Shown: positions 17,752 to 28,600 of the stretch, one piece after another
Position numbering within the stretch: the first letter of the stretch is position 1
How the letters are laid out: each line of letters opens with the position of its first letter
DNA from: an uncultured Candidatus Bathyarchaeia archaeon
GTDB lineage: Archaea > Thermoproteota > CALKCG01 > B24
Length of the DNA: 63,022 bases
NCBI GenBank assembly: GCA_964568845.1
Contig: CAZMSC010000007.1
Span: forward strand, 1-63,022
Reading direction: 5' to 3'
The notes under the pieces: model-generated
The model's input: only the letters and a program-made list of their open reading frames with translations
Databases searched by the model: none
Told to the model about the DNA's origin: nothing
Position numbers and translations under genes: made by a program

Positions 17752-18453
17752 TTAGAGTCTGTAAAAACTGTCCTTATCTTCTAAATAAGCCTCATCTACT
17801 TTCAGATAGCCGGAGTCTCCCATCCATACAGGTTTAGCCTTTTTGATCCGTAAACGTTTACTGAAGAATGCCGCATCTAAAACAAGCGTTTCATATTCAC
17901 CCCCCTCTCCTAGAAGGCTAAAATGGTACTTAGAGGCGAGCTGAGTAAACTCTACTATGGAATCAACGTCTAGGATTCTGCCCAACCATTTCTCCGTTAA
18001 TCCCTCGGCAGCTACGGCTACGATCATTATTAAAAATCCAAGCTCTAGCATCTCTTTCAAAATCCAGTCAGCCCTCTTACCCCACAGCGGTGTAAAGCTT
18101 TTAAGGCTAAGCTCTTCGCATATGGAATCTATCAGGTTCTTCTGGTAGACGCTTGCATGAACTCCTGAAATAACGGAATCCACCTGCAACTTTTCAACAG
18201 CTTCCTTAAGCACGTAGTAGAGGTCTCTCAAACTTCTATTTACGGAGTCTCCGGTCCTCTTCACAAGAAATGGCTTACCCATAGCTTCAGCTTGAAGCCT
18301 CACTAGCTCGACAGCTGGGTAGTGAAAAACCCAAGATTCGAAGCTCTCAGGAATGAGCGTTACAAGGCAAGCTATTTCAAAACCCTGGTTTGCGGAAATC
18401 CATAAAGCATACAGACTGTCCTTACCACCTGAAAGGAGAACTGCGCTCTTCAA
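17752..18453 (-). CDS. Diphthine-ammonia ligase-like PP-loop ATPase (MJ0570/Dph6 N-terminal family)
   Basis: LLSGGKDSLYAL is the PP-loop, and GEGGEYETLVLD lies near the C-terminus. Confidence 0.65.
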   Translation of the reverse strand: MKSAVLLSGGKDSLYALWISANQGFEIACLVTLIPESFESWVFHYPAVELVRLQAEAMGKPFLVKRTGDSVNRSLRDLYYVLKEAVEKLQVDSVISGVHASVYQKNLIDSICEELSLKSFTPLWGKRADWILKEMLELGFLIMIVAVAAEGLTEKWLGRILDVDSIVEFTQLASKYHFSLLGEGGEYETLVLDAAFFSKRLRIKKAKPVWMGDSGYLKVDEAYLEDKDSFYRL

Positions 18454-18470
18454 CCCTTACCCTCGAAGCG

Positions 18471-18992
18471 TTAAAATCTGGGAAGTTTGGCCTCTTTTAG
18501 GTTTGCTCCGCAGTATGGGCAGTAGATGGCTCCTGGAGGAATCTTAGCTTTACAATATGGGCAGACGTTTAGAGGCGGTGGTTGCGGTGGAGGTGTCATA
18601 CGTCTTTTGATGTAGGAGCCGACCACTCCCCCTCCAAATCCTATGCCTAGTTGTATTAGAAAACTTATGATCGATAATAATAGAAGCATCGGTAAACCCA
18701 ATGACTCTATCTCTGAGATCTCCGGAGGTATCGTTAGCAACCCCATCCCTATTAAAACCGTTTGTATAAGTTGCCTTATCAGTAGAGTGTCTATGACCGC
18801 CGTTAAAGCCCCCATTTTACCCCCATCTTTCATAGGCTCTAAGAAGAAGCTTCCAGCGACTAAGCCTCCTAAAAACGGAGAGACTAGGACTATGTCTGAA
18901 TAACCAGCCGTCAGTAGAATCGTTAGATCTAGAATTGCACATGTAGCAATACCTGAGAGTATAGCTAATCCGGTTCTAGGCTTCATTTCCAA
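18471..18992 (-). CDS. Membrane protein with a C-terminal double zinc ribbon
   Basis: About four TM segments are followed by a Pro-rich linker and CPYCKAKIPPGAIYCPYCG. Confidence 0.45.
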   Translation of the reverse strand: MEMKPRTGLAILSGIATCAILDLTILLTAGYSDIVLVSPFLGGLVAGSFFLEPMKDGGKMGALTAVIDTLLIRQLIQTVLIGMGLLTIPPEISEIESLGLPMLLLLSIISFLIQLGIGFGGGVVGSYIKRRMTPPPQPPPLNVCPYCKAKIPPGAIYCPYCGANLKEAKLPRF

Positions 18993-19087
18993 GATTTAGA
19001 AGAAAATCGTCGATTTAAGTGTTTAGTTTCTAAGACAATACTTAAACTCTACAGTCGACTAGATTTTGATGGGGTGTTAATCGTCTG

Positions 19088-20473
19088 ATGAAAATCATAC
19101 AAAACCTTGAAAGCTTGATCTCCAACGGTTTGACAGATGGAGATAGAAGGGCTAGAGCCGTCTGCTTAAACATCCTCGATGAAGTTATGGAGAAGTTGAA
19201 TCCGGTAGATATGGTAAAGTCAAGCGTTAAGAGGAACGGCTCAATGCTCAGCGTAGGCGATTTAAAGCTGAACCTTGATGATTTTAAACGCATTTATTTA
19301 GTTGGCTTCGGTAAAGCCAGCCACCTTATGGCTTTAGCGGTTGAACAGCTAATAGGCGATAAAATTACTAGAGGCTTCATAAATGTGCTCAAAGGTGTGA
19401 GATTTAAATCCCTGACCGGTAAGGTTGAATTTATAGAGGCCGGGCATCCAATACCCGATATTAATGGGCAGAGGGGTGCGGAGGAAATCGTAAGAATAGT
19501 TTCAGAGGCTTCCGAATACGACCTGGTGATATGTCTTATTTCAGGTGGTGGGTCTGCTATGACACCACTGCCCGCAGATGGTATATCACTCGAGGAAAAA
19601 CAGCAGGTCACGCAGCTTCTTCTTAAAAGCGGAGCCAATATAAACGAATTTAACGCCGTTAGAAAACATATATCGGCTTTCAAAGGCGGATTGCTGGCCA
19701 AATACGCGTATCCAGCTAGAGTTTTAAGTTTAATAATATCCGATGTAGTGGGCGATAGCTTAGACGTCATCTCATCTGGACCTACATCACCGGATACTTC
19801 AACTTTTCAAGACGCTTATCATGTGCTTGATAGGTACGGTTTATGGCATCACGTACCGGAATCCGTTAGAAGGCGGATAGAAGCCGGACTGAGGGGAGAA
19901 GTAGCGGAGACTCCAAAACCTGGAGATAGAGTGTTTGAAAAAGTCCACAATTTAATAATCGGAAGCAACAGGTTGGCATGTAGGCTAGCCGTTAAAACGG
20001 CTAGAAGATTGGGTTTAAATTCCATCATATTATCCTCCGTAGTTGAAGGGGAGGCTAGATACGTGGGAACGGTATACGGCAGTATACTCGTTGAAGAGGC
20101 TTTAGAAGACAGCCCCATTAAGAAACCTGCAGCTATAGTAGCTGGTGGTGAGACTACGGTAACGGTTAGAGGGTCTGGGGTTGGAGGTAGAAACCAGGAG
20201 CTTGTTCTTTCAGCATCCGTGAAAATACAGAACCTAAAAAACGTCGCAGTAGCATCTATCGGAACAGATGGGGTTGATGGTTTAACCGATGCGGCTGGAG
20301 CTGTAGCTGACGGTAAAACTATTCAAAGAGCATCTGAAGAGAACCTAGACCCGAAGGAGTGCCTCGACAATAACGACTCCCATAGGTTTTTTAAGAAGTT
20401 AGGCGACCTTATATTTACAGGACCAACTGGTGTCAATCTGATGGATATAACGGTTATGGTGGCATTAAAATAG
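19088..20473 (+). CDS. gck: Glycerate 2-kinase (MOFRL/TtuD family)
   Basis: AGHPIPD, ISGGGSA, and AGGETTVTVRGSGVGGRNQE..GTDGVDG are present. Confidence 0.75.
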   Translation: MKIIQNLESLISNGLTDGDRRARAVCLNILDEVMEKLNPVDMVKSSVKRNGSMLSVGDLKLNLDDFKRIYLVGFGKASHLMALAVEQLIGDKITRGFINVLKGVRFKSLTGKVEFIEAGHPIPDINGQRGAEEIVRIVSEASEYDLVICLISGGGSAMTPLPADGISLEEKQQVTQLLLKSGANINEFNAVRKHISAFKGGLLAKYAYPARVLSLIISDVVGDSLDVISSGPTSPDTSTFQDAYHVLDRYGLWHHVPESVRRRIEAGLRGEVAETPKPGDRVFEKVHNLIIGSNRLACRLAVKTARRLGLNSIILSSVVEGEARYVGTVYGSILVEEALEDSPIKKPAAIVAGGETTVTVRGSGVGGRNQELVLSASVKIQNLKNVAVASIGTDGVDGLTDAAGAVADGKTIQRASEENLDPKECLDNNDSHRFFKKLGDLIFTGPTGVNLMDITVMVALK

Positions 20474-20494
20474 TTCATGGCTTAGGTGCTCTAA

Positions 20495-21451
20495 ATGTAC
20501 ACTAGTTGCGTAGGAAGCTTTCCAGTAGAATTCTGTAGAGAATCTGTAGAAAAGATTGCGGAAGACATGTATAGCATTGGTTTAACGTATCCCAGCTATC
20601 CCCAACTCAGAGACTTCATAAGTATTTTTCTCGACCCTCTATCTTCTAAAGGGCTCATGTATAAAGAAGGTCTAGACTACGTATTTTCGGCTGATAGCGT
20701 TGAAGAATTAGAGAATACAGAGATACCTGTACCATTTGAAGCATTATGGTTTGTAGACCATGTTAGAAGATGTGGTTTAAATTTCACGGGCTTAAGAGCT
20801 CCCGTGACCGGGGTTTTCACACTAGCTTCAAGAATCTATCCGGCTGGAAGACCGCATTCAATAAGAGAATCTCTGATGAACGATTTGACATTTTTAGAAA
20901 GTTTAGCTTCTGCAATATCGAGTTTGATACGTAGACTTGAAGATCTAGGATACAGTCTGATAGTAATTGACGAGCCTATTCTTTCAGTCGTTTATGGAAG
21001 TGGGGTGTCGTTGATCAAACATAGGACTGAAGATGTTTTGAGAATATTTGGAAGGCTTGAACCATGCAAGTCCACATTTGGTATACACGTGTGCGGTAGA
21101 ATTTCACCAGCTTTATCCAGGTTGCTTTTAAAATCCAACTTCACGCTGTTAGACCATGAATTTAAAGATTCCCCGGAGAATTTTAGAAGCTTAAAACCAG
21201 ACGAACTTAAGGAATCAGGTAAACTTTTATCTGTAGGTTGCGCATCCTCTAGAAATGCTAAGGTTGAGAGTGTTGAAGAAGTTCAAAGCATTCTATCTAA
21301 AGCGTTAAACATTTATGGCGATAGAGTCTACATGGCTAAGCCGGACTGCGGATTTAGAGGCTTGAGCGGTATTCTACCTGAGGATAAGGCATATGAAGTT
21401 AGCATTATGAAGCTTAAAACGATAGTGGAGGCTGTGAAAAGGCTTAATTAG
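20495..21451 (+). CDS. MetE C-terminal-domain-like methyltransferase (cobalamin-independent methionine synthase family)
   Basis: The Zn-ligand-like motifs IHVCG and PDCGF(R)GL are present, and the length fits archaeal short MetE homologues. Confidence 0.55.
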   Translation: MYTSCVGSFPVEFCRESVEKIAEDMYSIGLTYPSYPQLRDFISIFLDPLSSKGLMYKEGLDYVFSADSVEELENTEIPVPFEALWFVDHVRRCGLNFTGLRAPVTGVFTLASRIYPAGRPHSIRESLMNDLTFLESLASAISSLIRRLEDLGYSLIVIDEPILSVVYGSGVSLIKHRTEDVLRIFGRLEPCKSTFGIHVCGRISPALSRLLLKSNFTLLDHEFKDSPENFRSLKPDELKESGKLLSVGCASSRNAKVESVEEVQSILSKALNIYGDRVYMAKPDCGFRGLSGILPEDKAYEVSIMKLKTIVEAVKRLN

Positions 21452-21483
21452 TCTAAATCCAATTATGCTTAGAGGTGGTTTGA

Positions 21484-21966
21484 ATGGTTAAAGTTTTGGT
21501 GGTTTACTATTCGCGTGGGGGGAATACGCGGAAGCTTGCGGAAATGCTTACGACGGCGCTTAGAGAGGAAAACCTAGAAGTCTCTATGAAAACAGTGTCT
21601 GATACTAGAGTAGAAGAACTTTTAGATTATGATGGAATAGCCATAGGCTCTCCAACATACTACGGTCAAATGGCGGGAGAGGTTAAAGCGTTTTTAGATG
21701 AAACCGTTAGGCTTCACGGTAAACTTGACGGTAAGGTTGGGCTGGCTTTTACAACGGCTGGCGGACATGGAACTGGAGGTGAAACCACCGTATTATCGAT
21801 CATTTACACAATGTTGATACACGGAATGATCATTCAAGGAGACCCGGAAGATTTACATTATGGAATAGTAGTCAGAGGAATGCCTAAAGATGAAGACTTC
21901 GATGTTGTTAAGCTTAAAGCTAGAAAGTTTGCCGGATTGATTAAAAAATTGAAGGTTGAAACTTAA
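21484..21966 (+). CDS. Flavodoxin-like/WrbA-type NAD(P)H-dependent FMN protein
   Basis: KVLVVYYSRGGNTRKLAE and GSPTYYGQMAG are present. Confidence 0.7.
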   Translation: MVKVLVVYYSRGGNTRKLAEMLTTALREENLEVSMKTVSDTRVEELLDYDGIAIGSPTYYGQMAGEVKAFLDETVRLHGKLDGKVGLAFTTAGGHGTGGETTVLSIIYTMLIHGMIIQGDPEDLHYGIVVRGMPKDEDFDVVKLKARKFAGLIKKLKVET

Positions 21967-22067
21967 CCTCATATTTTTTTAAACATCTGTACATTCATCT
22001 GTTAATAGAAATATTTATTAGAGACTTAGTATTATCTTGCTTAGCACCTTCTAAGCGGGTTTTACGC

Positions 22068-22322
22068 ATGAGTACTCAACAGAAAATAAAGTTTGATATA
22101 TTTCAACATGAGCTCGTACCTAAACATAGCATTTTAACGAAAGATGAGATGGATGATCTTTTAAGAAGATATCATATTGAGAAATATCAACTTCCGAAGA
22201 TTAGAGCCCGAGACCCAGCTGCTCTACTAATAGGTGCTAAGCCTGGAGATATTGTAAGGATTGTTAGAAGAAGCCCTACAGCCGGATTAGCCGTGTTTTA
22301 CAGGTTTGTTGTAGGTGGTTGA
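22068..22322 (+). CDS. rpoH: RNA polymerase subunit H (Rpo5)
   Basis: HELVPKHSILTKDEMDDLLRRY..LPKI...DP......GD(I)VRI(V)R.S.TAG is present. The gene lies directly upstream of rpoB. Confidence 0.85.
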   Translation: MSTQQKIKFDIFQHELVPKHSILTKDEMDDLLRRYHIEKYQLPKIRARDPAALLIGAKPGDIVRIVRRSPTAGLAVFYRFVVGG

Positions 22323-22323
22323 A

Positions 22324-25300
22324 ATGTATACGCGAGAAGATATGTGGTTTTTGATGAAAGCCTTCTTTCAAGAGAAAGGCTTAGTTAGACAGCATTTAGA
22401 CTCTTACAATGAATTTGTCGAGAAAGAGTTACAGCAGATTATAGACTCCATAGGTGGTGTAGAAATACCTACCAGTAGCGGTAGCCTATATATAAAGTTT
22501 GGTGAAATTAGCGTAGGTGATCCAAGGGTTACAGAGGTCGACGGCTCATCTCATAGTGTCACCCCACTTGAATGCAGACTTAGAAATCTCACTTATGCAG
22601 CACCCCTCTTTTTAGAGATGACGCCAATATTTAACGGTAAGACTATAACCACTGATACCATTTACATCGGCGATTTACCGATTATGCTTAAGTCTGAAAT
22701 CTGTCCTCTAAGTAAAATGACTAGGAGGGAGCTTTTAGAGATAGGTGAAGACCCCGACGACCCTGGTGGCTACTTCATAATAAACGGCTCAGAGAGACTT
22801 ATTATAGGTCTCGAAGACCTTGCCCCCAACAAGGTCATAGTGGATGTCGACAGAAGCACTTCTAGGTTTGTCTACAGGGCTAAAGTTTTCTCTACAACGG
22901 TAGGCTTTAGGACGAGGGTTGAAGTTAAGCTTAAACCTGATGGAGCTATATACGTTTCAATACCGGGTGTACCTGTAGAGCTTCCATTTGTAGTACTTAT
23001 GAAAGCCCTTGGAGTTGAAAAAGACAGTGAAATTGCAGATATGGTTTCACTAGACCCTGTGATCAGAGAGCAGCTTGAACCGTCATTCGATAAATCCCCT
23101 AGAATCGACAACGCTGAGAAGGCTATAGTTTTTATAGGTAATAAGATCGCATACGGTCAAGAGGAGGCGCGTAGAATACAGAGAGCCAATTCAATACTAG
23201 ATAATAATCTATTTCTACACCTAGGTACGAGCACTGAAGCTAGACCTACCAAAGCCAGATACCTAGCGGAAATAGCTTGTCGGCTTATAGAGCTTAAACT
23301 CGGCCTTAGAGCTGAGGATGATAAAGACCATTATGCTAACAAACGTATCAGACTTTCAGGTCCATTGCTTGGAGACCTATTCAGAACAATTTTTCGAGAT
23401 ATGATTAAAGATATGAGTTATCAACTGGAACGTCTATCTGCTAAGAAGCTTGTAAACGAATCTATTAAATTAGCCATCAGGCCAGGCATCCTCACAGAGA
23501 GGTTGCAACATGCTATTGCTACAGGCAATTGGGGTAGGAATAGAGTTGGTGTCAGCCAGCTCGTAGATAGGACGAATATACTGTCAACACTTAGCCACTT
23601 GCGTAGACTACAATCTCCTTTAAGCAGAAGCCAACCAAACTTTGAAGCCAGAGAACTCCATTCAACACATTTCGGTAGACTATGCCCAGTCGAAACACCA
23701 GAAGGGTCAAACTGCGGTCTTGTTAAGAACCTAGCCCTCATGGCTACGATATCAGTATCAGCGGATACAGATCATGTTTGTAAAGTTTTAAAGGATCTAG
23801 GATGCATCCCTGTTGAAGACGCAGATAAGGAGGCCCGTATTAGAGGCGTAAAGGTTTACATTAATGGAACACTAAGCTTCTACACTTTGAAGCCGGAGAA
23901 GCTTGTAAGAGATTTTATACGATATCGACGTAGAGGACGCGTAAGCATTGAAGTAAATATAGCATATCTTAAGGCTAAGAATGAGGTTCAAGTTAACTGT
24001 GACGCAGGTAGATGTAGAAGACCTCTAATAGTCGTTGAAAATGGCTCTCCAATGCTTAAACAAGAGCATTTGAATGCTTTAAAGAGGGGGCTATTAAAGT
24101 GGGACGACCTAGTAAAGATGGGCGTCATAGAGTATCTAGACGCCGAAGAAGAGGAGAATGCTTACATAGCTTTAAGACCTGAAGACATTAAACCTGAGAC
24201 AACTCATTTAGAGATATGTCCCTCTACTATTCTTGGAATATGCGGCTCGATCATACCTTTTGCTGAACACAACCATTCACCTAGAAACAGCTATGAAGCA
24301 GCTATGGCTAAACAAGCTATAGGCGTATATGCAACAAACTACTTTCTAAGGATGGATTCTAGAGCACACTTCCTACATTATCCTCAGAAACCTATTGTAG
24401 AAACCAAATCTATGGAAGTTATGGGTTTCCACAAAAGACCGACTGGCCAGAATATGGTAGTCGCTATTTTAACAATGGGCGGGTATAACATGGAGGATGC
24501 TATAATATTCAATAAACACTCTATAGAGAGGGGTTTGGCAAGGTCCTCATTCTTCCAACTGTATGAGGCCGAATGTTACCAATATATGGGAGGGGAGAAG
24601 GACGCCATCGAAATACCGTCAAGTGGGATGAGAGGTTATATGGGTGATGAATACTATAAGGTTTTAGAGGAGGATGGAATAGCCAGTGTTGAAAGTGAGG
24701 TTCAAGGTGGTGACGTTTTAATCGGTAGGACAAGCCCACCCAGGTTCATAGAGGAGTATCGGGAATTAGAAGCTAAAGGTCCATCTAGAAGAGATACTTC
24801 AGTAGTCTTAAGACCGTCTACAAGGGGGATTGTAGATACAGTTATACTAACTGAAACGTCTCAAGGCAATAAAATAGTTAAAGTGAGGGTCAGAAGCAAT
24901 AGGATACCTGAAATAGGGGATAAGTTTGCATCCAGACACGGTCAAAAGGGTGTCATAGGGATGATCTATCCCTCTGAAGATATGCCGTTTACGGAAGATG
25001 GAGTTGTCCCGGACGTTATAATAAATCCGCACGCTTTTCCATCTAGGATGACTGTAGGTCAACTTCTAGAGTCGTTATTCGGTAAAGCCGCCGCTCTTAT
25101 GGGTAGACCTGTAGACGGTACTGCATTTCAGGAGGAAAAAATCGAGGATATAGAAGCTGTGTTAAAACGTTATGGTTTTGAACCCACTGGTAGAGAAGTC
25201 ATGTATAGCGGTTTAACAGGTGAGAAGCTCGAGGCTAAGGTTTACATAGGTCTTGTCTACTATCAGAGGCTTCACCATATGGTCGCCGATAAAATACACG

Positions 25301-25653
25301 CTAGAGCTAGAGGGCAGGTTCAAATGCTTACAAGACAGCCGACGGAAGGTAGAGCGAGGGGAGGAGGGTTAAGATTTGGTGAAATGGAGAGAGATTGCTT
25401 GATAGGTTACGGTGCAGCTATGCTCATTAAAGATAGGATGCTGGAAGAGTCGGATAAGTTTACGGCATACGTTTGTGCTAAATGTGGGCTCTTAGCTTAC
25501 TATGACTCTAAAACTAATAAACATGTCTGTAGAATTTGTGGAGACGGCACTAAAATTTATCCAGTAGTCATGCCTTACGCATTTAAGTTGCTGCTTCAGG
25601 AGCTTATGAGCATGTGCATTGCCCCTAGAATCGTAGTTGAGGAGGGAATTTAA
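22324..25653 (+). CDS. rpoB: RNA polymerase subunit B (Rpo2), unsplit
   Basis: The ORF has full-length collinearity, with GKFASRHGQKG, GEMERDC and a C-terminal CxxCG..CxxC zinc ribbon. The ATG at 22324 lies 1 nt after the rpoH stop. The track ORF begins at a GTG at 22315. Confidence 0.95.
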   Translation: MYTREDMWFLMKAFFQEKGLVRQHLDSYNEFVEKELQQIIDSIGGVEIPTSSGSLYIKFGEISVGDPRVTEVDGSSHSVTPLECRLRNLTYAAPLFLEMTPIFNGKTITTDTIYIGDLPIMLKSEICPLSKMTRRELLEIGEDPDDPGGYFIINGSERLIIGLEDLAPNKVIVDVDRSTSRFVYRAKVFSTTVGFRTRVEVKLKPDGAIYVSIPGVPVELPFVVLMKALGVEKDSEIADMVSLDPVIREQLEPSFDKSPRIDNAEKAIVFIGNKIAYGQEEARRIQRANSILDNNLFLHLGTSTEARPTKARYLAEIACRLIELKLGLRAEDDKDHYANKRIRLSGPLLGDLFRTIFRDMIKDMSYQLERLSAKKLVNESIKLAIRPGILTERLQHAIATGNWGRNRVGVSQLVDRTNILSTLSHLRRLQSPLSRSQPNFEARELHSTHFGRLCPVETPEGSNCGLVKNLALMATISVSADTDHVCKVLKDLGCIPVEDADKEARIRGVKVYINGTLSFYTLKPEKLVRDFIRYRRRGRVSIEVNIAYLKAKNEVQVNCDAGRCRRPLIVVENGSPMLKQEHLNALKRGLLKWDDLVKMGVIEYLDAEEEENAYIALRPEDIKPETTHLEICPSTILGICGSIIPFAEHNHSPRNSYEAAMAKQAIGVYATNYFLRMDSRAHFLHYPQKPIVETKSMEVMGFHKRPTGQNMVVAILTMGGYNMEDAIIFNKHSIERGLARSSFFQLYEAECYQYMGGEKDAIEIPSSGMRGYMGDEYYKVLEEDGIASVESEVQGGDVLIGRTSPPRFIEEYRELEAKGPSRRDTSVVLRPSTRGIVDTVILTETSQGNKIVKVRVRSNRIPEIGDKFASRHGQKGVIGMIYPSEDMPFTEDGVVPDVIINPHAFPSRMTVGQLLESLFGKAAALMGRPVDGTAFQEEKIEDIEAVLKRYGFEPTGREVMYSGLTGEKLEAKVYIGLVYYQRLHHMVADKIHARARGQVQMLTRQPTEGRARGGGLRFGEMERDCLIGYGAAMLIKDRMLEESDKFTAYVCAKCGLLAYYDSKTNKHVCRICGDGTKIYPVVMPYAFKLLLQELMSMCIAPRIVVEEGI

Positions 25654-25655
25654 GC

Positions 25656-28600
25656 ATGGTATTAGAAACACATAGAAGTTTAACTGGAATAAAGTTCGGC
25701 TTACTTTCACCGCATGAAATTAGAAAAATGTCTGTTGTAGAAATTCGAGCAGCTGATACATATGATGAAGATGGCTTACCAATACCGACCGGTCTTATGG
25801 ATAATAGGCTTGGCACGTTGGAGCCTAGACAGAGGTGTGCGACATGCGGAAATACCGCAGCGTCATGCCCTGGACATTTTGGACACATAGAGCTTGCGGT
25901 CCCCATAATACACGTTGGCTTCGTTAAGTATGTTCAAGAGCTTCTAACAATAACATGCAGAGAATGTGGTAGAATTCTCATTCCAACAGATAAAATTGAA
26001 GAGCTTCAGAGTAGGATGGAGCAACTTAAGAAGGTATTCGGAGAAGTTCCAAAGGATTTCTTCGATAGCATTAAGAAGGAGGCTAGAAAAAGGTCAGAGT
26101 GTCCCCACTGTGGAAGCACTCAATATCATATAGAGCTCATAAAACCCACGTCATTCTATGAGCATCAGAAAGACGGAGGCGTTACTAGGCTAGATTCAAG
26201 CATTATAAGAAGTAGACTTGAAAGGATACCTGACGAAGACCTTAAGCTTCTGGGATACGACCCATCTTTGGCGAGGCCTGAATGGGTGATCCTTCAAGCC
26301 CTTCCAGTTCCGCCAGTATACGTCAGACCATCTATAACGCTTGAAACTGGTATAAGGTCTGAGGATGATTTAACCCATAAACTTGTAGATATAATACGTA
26401 TTAATGAGAGGCTTAAAGAAGCTGTTTCAAGCGGAGCCCCGACGGTTATAAGGGAGGAGCTTTCAGACCTTCTCCAGTACCATGTAACCACCTATATAGA
26501 TAACGAGACTTCGGGAATCCCACCATCCAGACATAGGTCTGGCAGAGCGCTTAAAACTTTAAGTCAGAGGCTTAAAGGGAAGGAGGGAAGGTTTAGGTTA
26601 AACCTCACTGGTAAAAGGGTCGACTTCTCAGCTAGAACAGTCATATCTCCTGACCCGTATCTAAGTATAGATGAAGTGGGTGTCCCAATAGACGTAGCTA
26701 AGAAGCTTACGGTTTCTGAACGGGTCACCCCTTGGAATGTAGAAGAGATGAAAAAGCTTGTTATAAACGGCCCTGACAATTATCCCGGAGCGCTCTACGT
26801 AACTAGACCCGACGGTAGGAAAATCAGGCTCGACTTCGTAGCTGACAGGAGTAAACTGGCAGATGAACTGCAACCTGGCTACACGGTTGAGCGACATATT
26901 AGAGATGGAGATATCGCGTTGTTTAACCGGCAACCATCGCTTCATAGAATATCGATAATGGCGCATAGAGTTAAAATTCTACCTTATAAGACTTTTAGGC
27001 TTCACTTAGCTGTGTGCATACCGTATAATGCTGACTTTGACGGGGATGAGATGAACCTTCACATCCCTCAGAGTGAGGAAGCTAGATCAGAAGCCCGTCT
27101 ACTCATGCAGGTTCAAGATCAGATAATATCTCCCAGATATGGGGCACCTATAATAGGTTCAACGAGGGACTTCCTGACGGCAGCGTACCTCCTCACGCGG
27201 AAAGATACATATGTCAATAGGGAGCAACTACATACTCTTCTAGCAGCTATAAGTTACAATGGCGACATCCCTCCGCCTGCTAAAACAGAGCCGGAGCCAC
27301 TATGGAGCGGTAAACAGGTTTTCAGTCTACTTCTACCGAAAGACTTTAACTACTTTGGAAGAGCAGCCGTATGTAAACATAAACATACATCTCCGGATGA
27401 AGACTGCCCCTTAGAAGGTGTGGTTGTTGTTAGAAATGGGCAGTTGATTAAAGGAGTTATAGATAAGAATTCTATAGGGGCTGAGAAAGCGGAAACATTG
27501 TATCATAGAATCGTTAGAGACTACGGCACGGCTTTTGCAGCAGACTTCCTCAATAAACTATGTAGGCTACTAAACACATTTATAACGATTAGAGGCTTTA
27601 GCTTTTCTCTTGACGAGCTAAACTTACCTGAAAATGTCAGAGAATCTATACGCCAGGTTATAGAAGAGTCTGAAAAGACAGTTCACCAGTTAATTGACGA
27701 GTATAAAAAAGGCACATTGAGAAGGATTCCTGGAAAGACTATGGAAGAGTCGCTTGAGATGCTTATAATGAACGAGCTTTCTAAAGCGAGAGACCGTTGT
27801 GATGAAATCGCCTCCTCTTCATTGCATTTAGACAACCAAGGTATAGTAATGGTTAGATGTGGGGCTAGAGGGTCTGAGCTTAATATTGGCCATATGACTG
27901 CTTGTCTAGGTCAGCAGTCTGTAAGAGGTAGGAGAATTTCATATGGTTATCTTGAAAGAGCCTTACCTCATTTTAAATGGGGCGATCAAAGTCCGAAGGC
28001 CAGAGGATTCATAGAGTCGTCTTTCTATATGGGTCTATCTCCTATAGAGTTCTTCTTCCACTCAATGGCGGGTAGAGAAGGTTTAATCGATACAGCCGTT
28101 AGAACTCAGCAGAGCGGTTATATGCAGAGGAGGCTTATTCATGCGCTTGAATTCCTGAGGGTTGAATACGATGGAACTGTTAGGACAACCGACGGTGAAA
28201 TAGTACAGTTTAAGTACGGTGAAGATGGAGTAGACCCGTCCAAGAGCGATCATGGTAAAGCTGTAAATCTCCAACGTCTGTTGGAGAGGATGGGCATCAA
28301 AGAAGCTGCCTCCCCTCTAAAACTCAGTGAAATTAATTGGATCTTGGAGAAGTATCGTACTAGACTTACACACTTCTACACTTCCAGCCTTAGAAAGCTG
28401 ATACATGATAAGCGCTTAACTAGAGAAGATGCAATTAGACTTGTAGAGGCTACTGTAGCGGAACTTGAAAAATCTCAAGTAGACCCCGGAGAAGCCGTTG
28501 GAGTTGTAGCGGCTCAATCTATAGGTGAACCTGGTACGCAAATGACCCTCAGGGTATTCCACTTTGCCGGTGTTAGAGAGAGGGATGTAACCTTAGGATT

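Noticed and set aside
26661-26966. I considered the antisense or alternative-frame track ORFs nested in strongly supported genes. Examples are 26661..26966, 15466..15951, 19294..19770, 29761..30237, 44236..44733, 45187..45687, 53601..53969 and 60792..61142.
   Set aside because: Each lies entirely inside, or opposite, a gene with clear family motifs. Their products are low-complexity (Ser/Leu/Pro-rich), which is typical of shadow ORFs.
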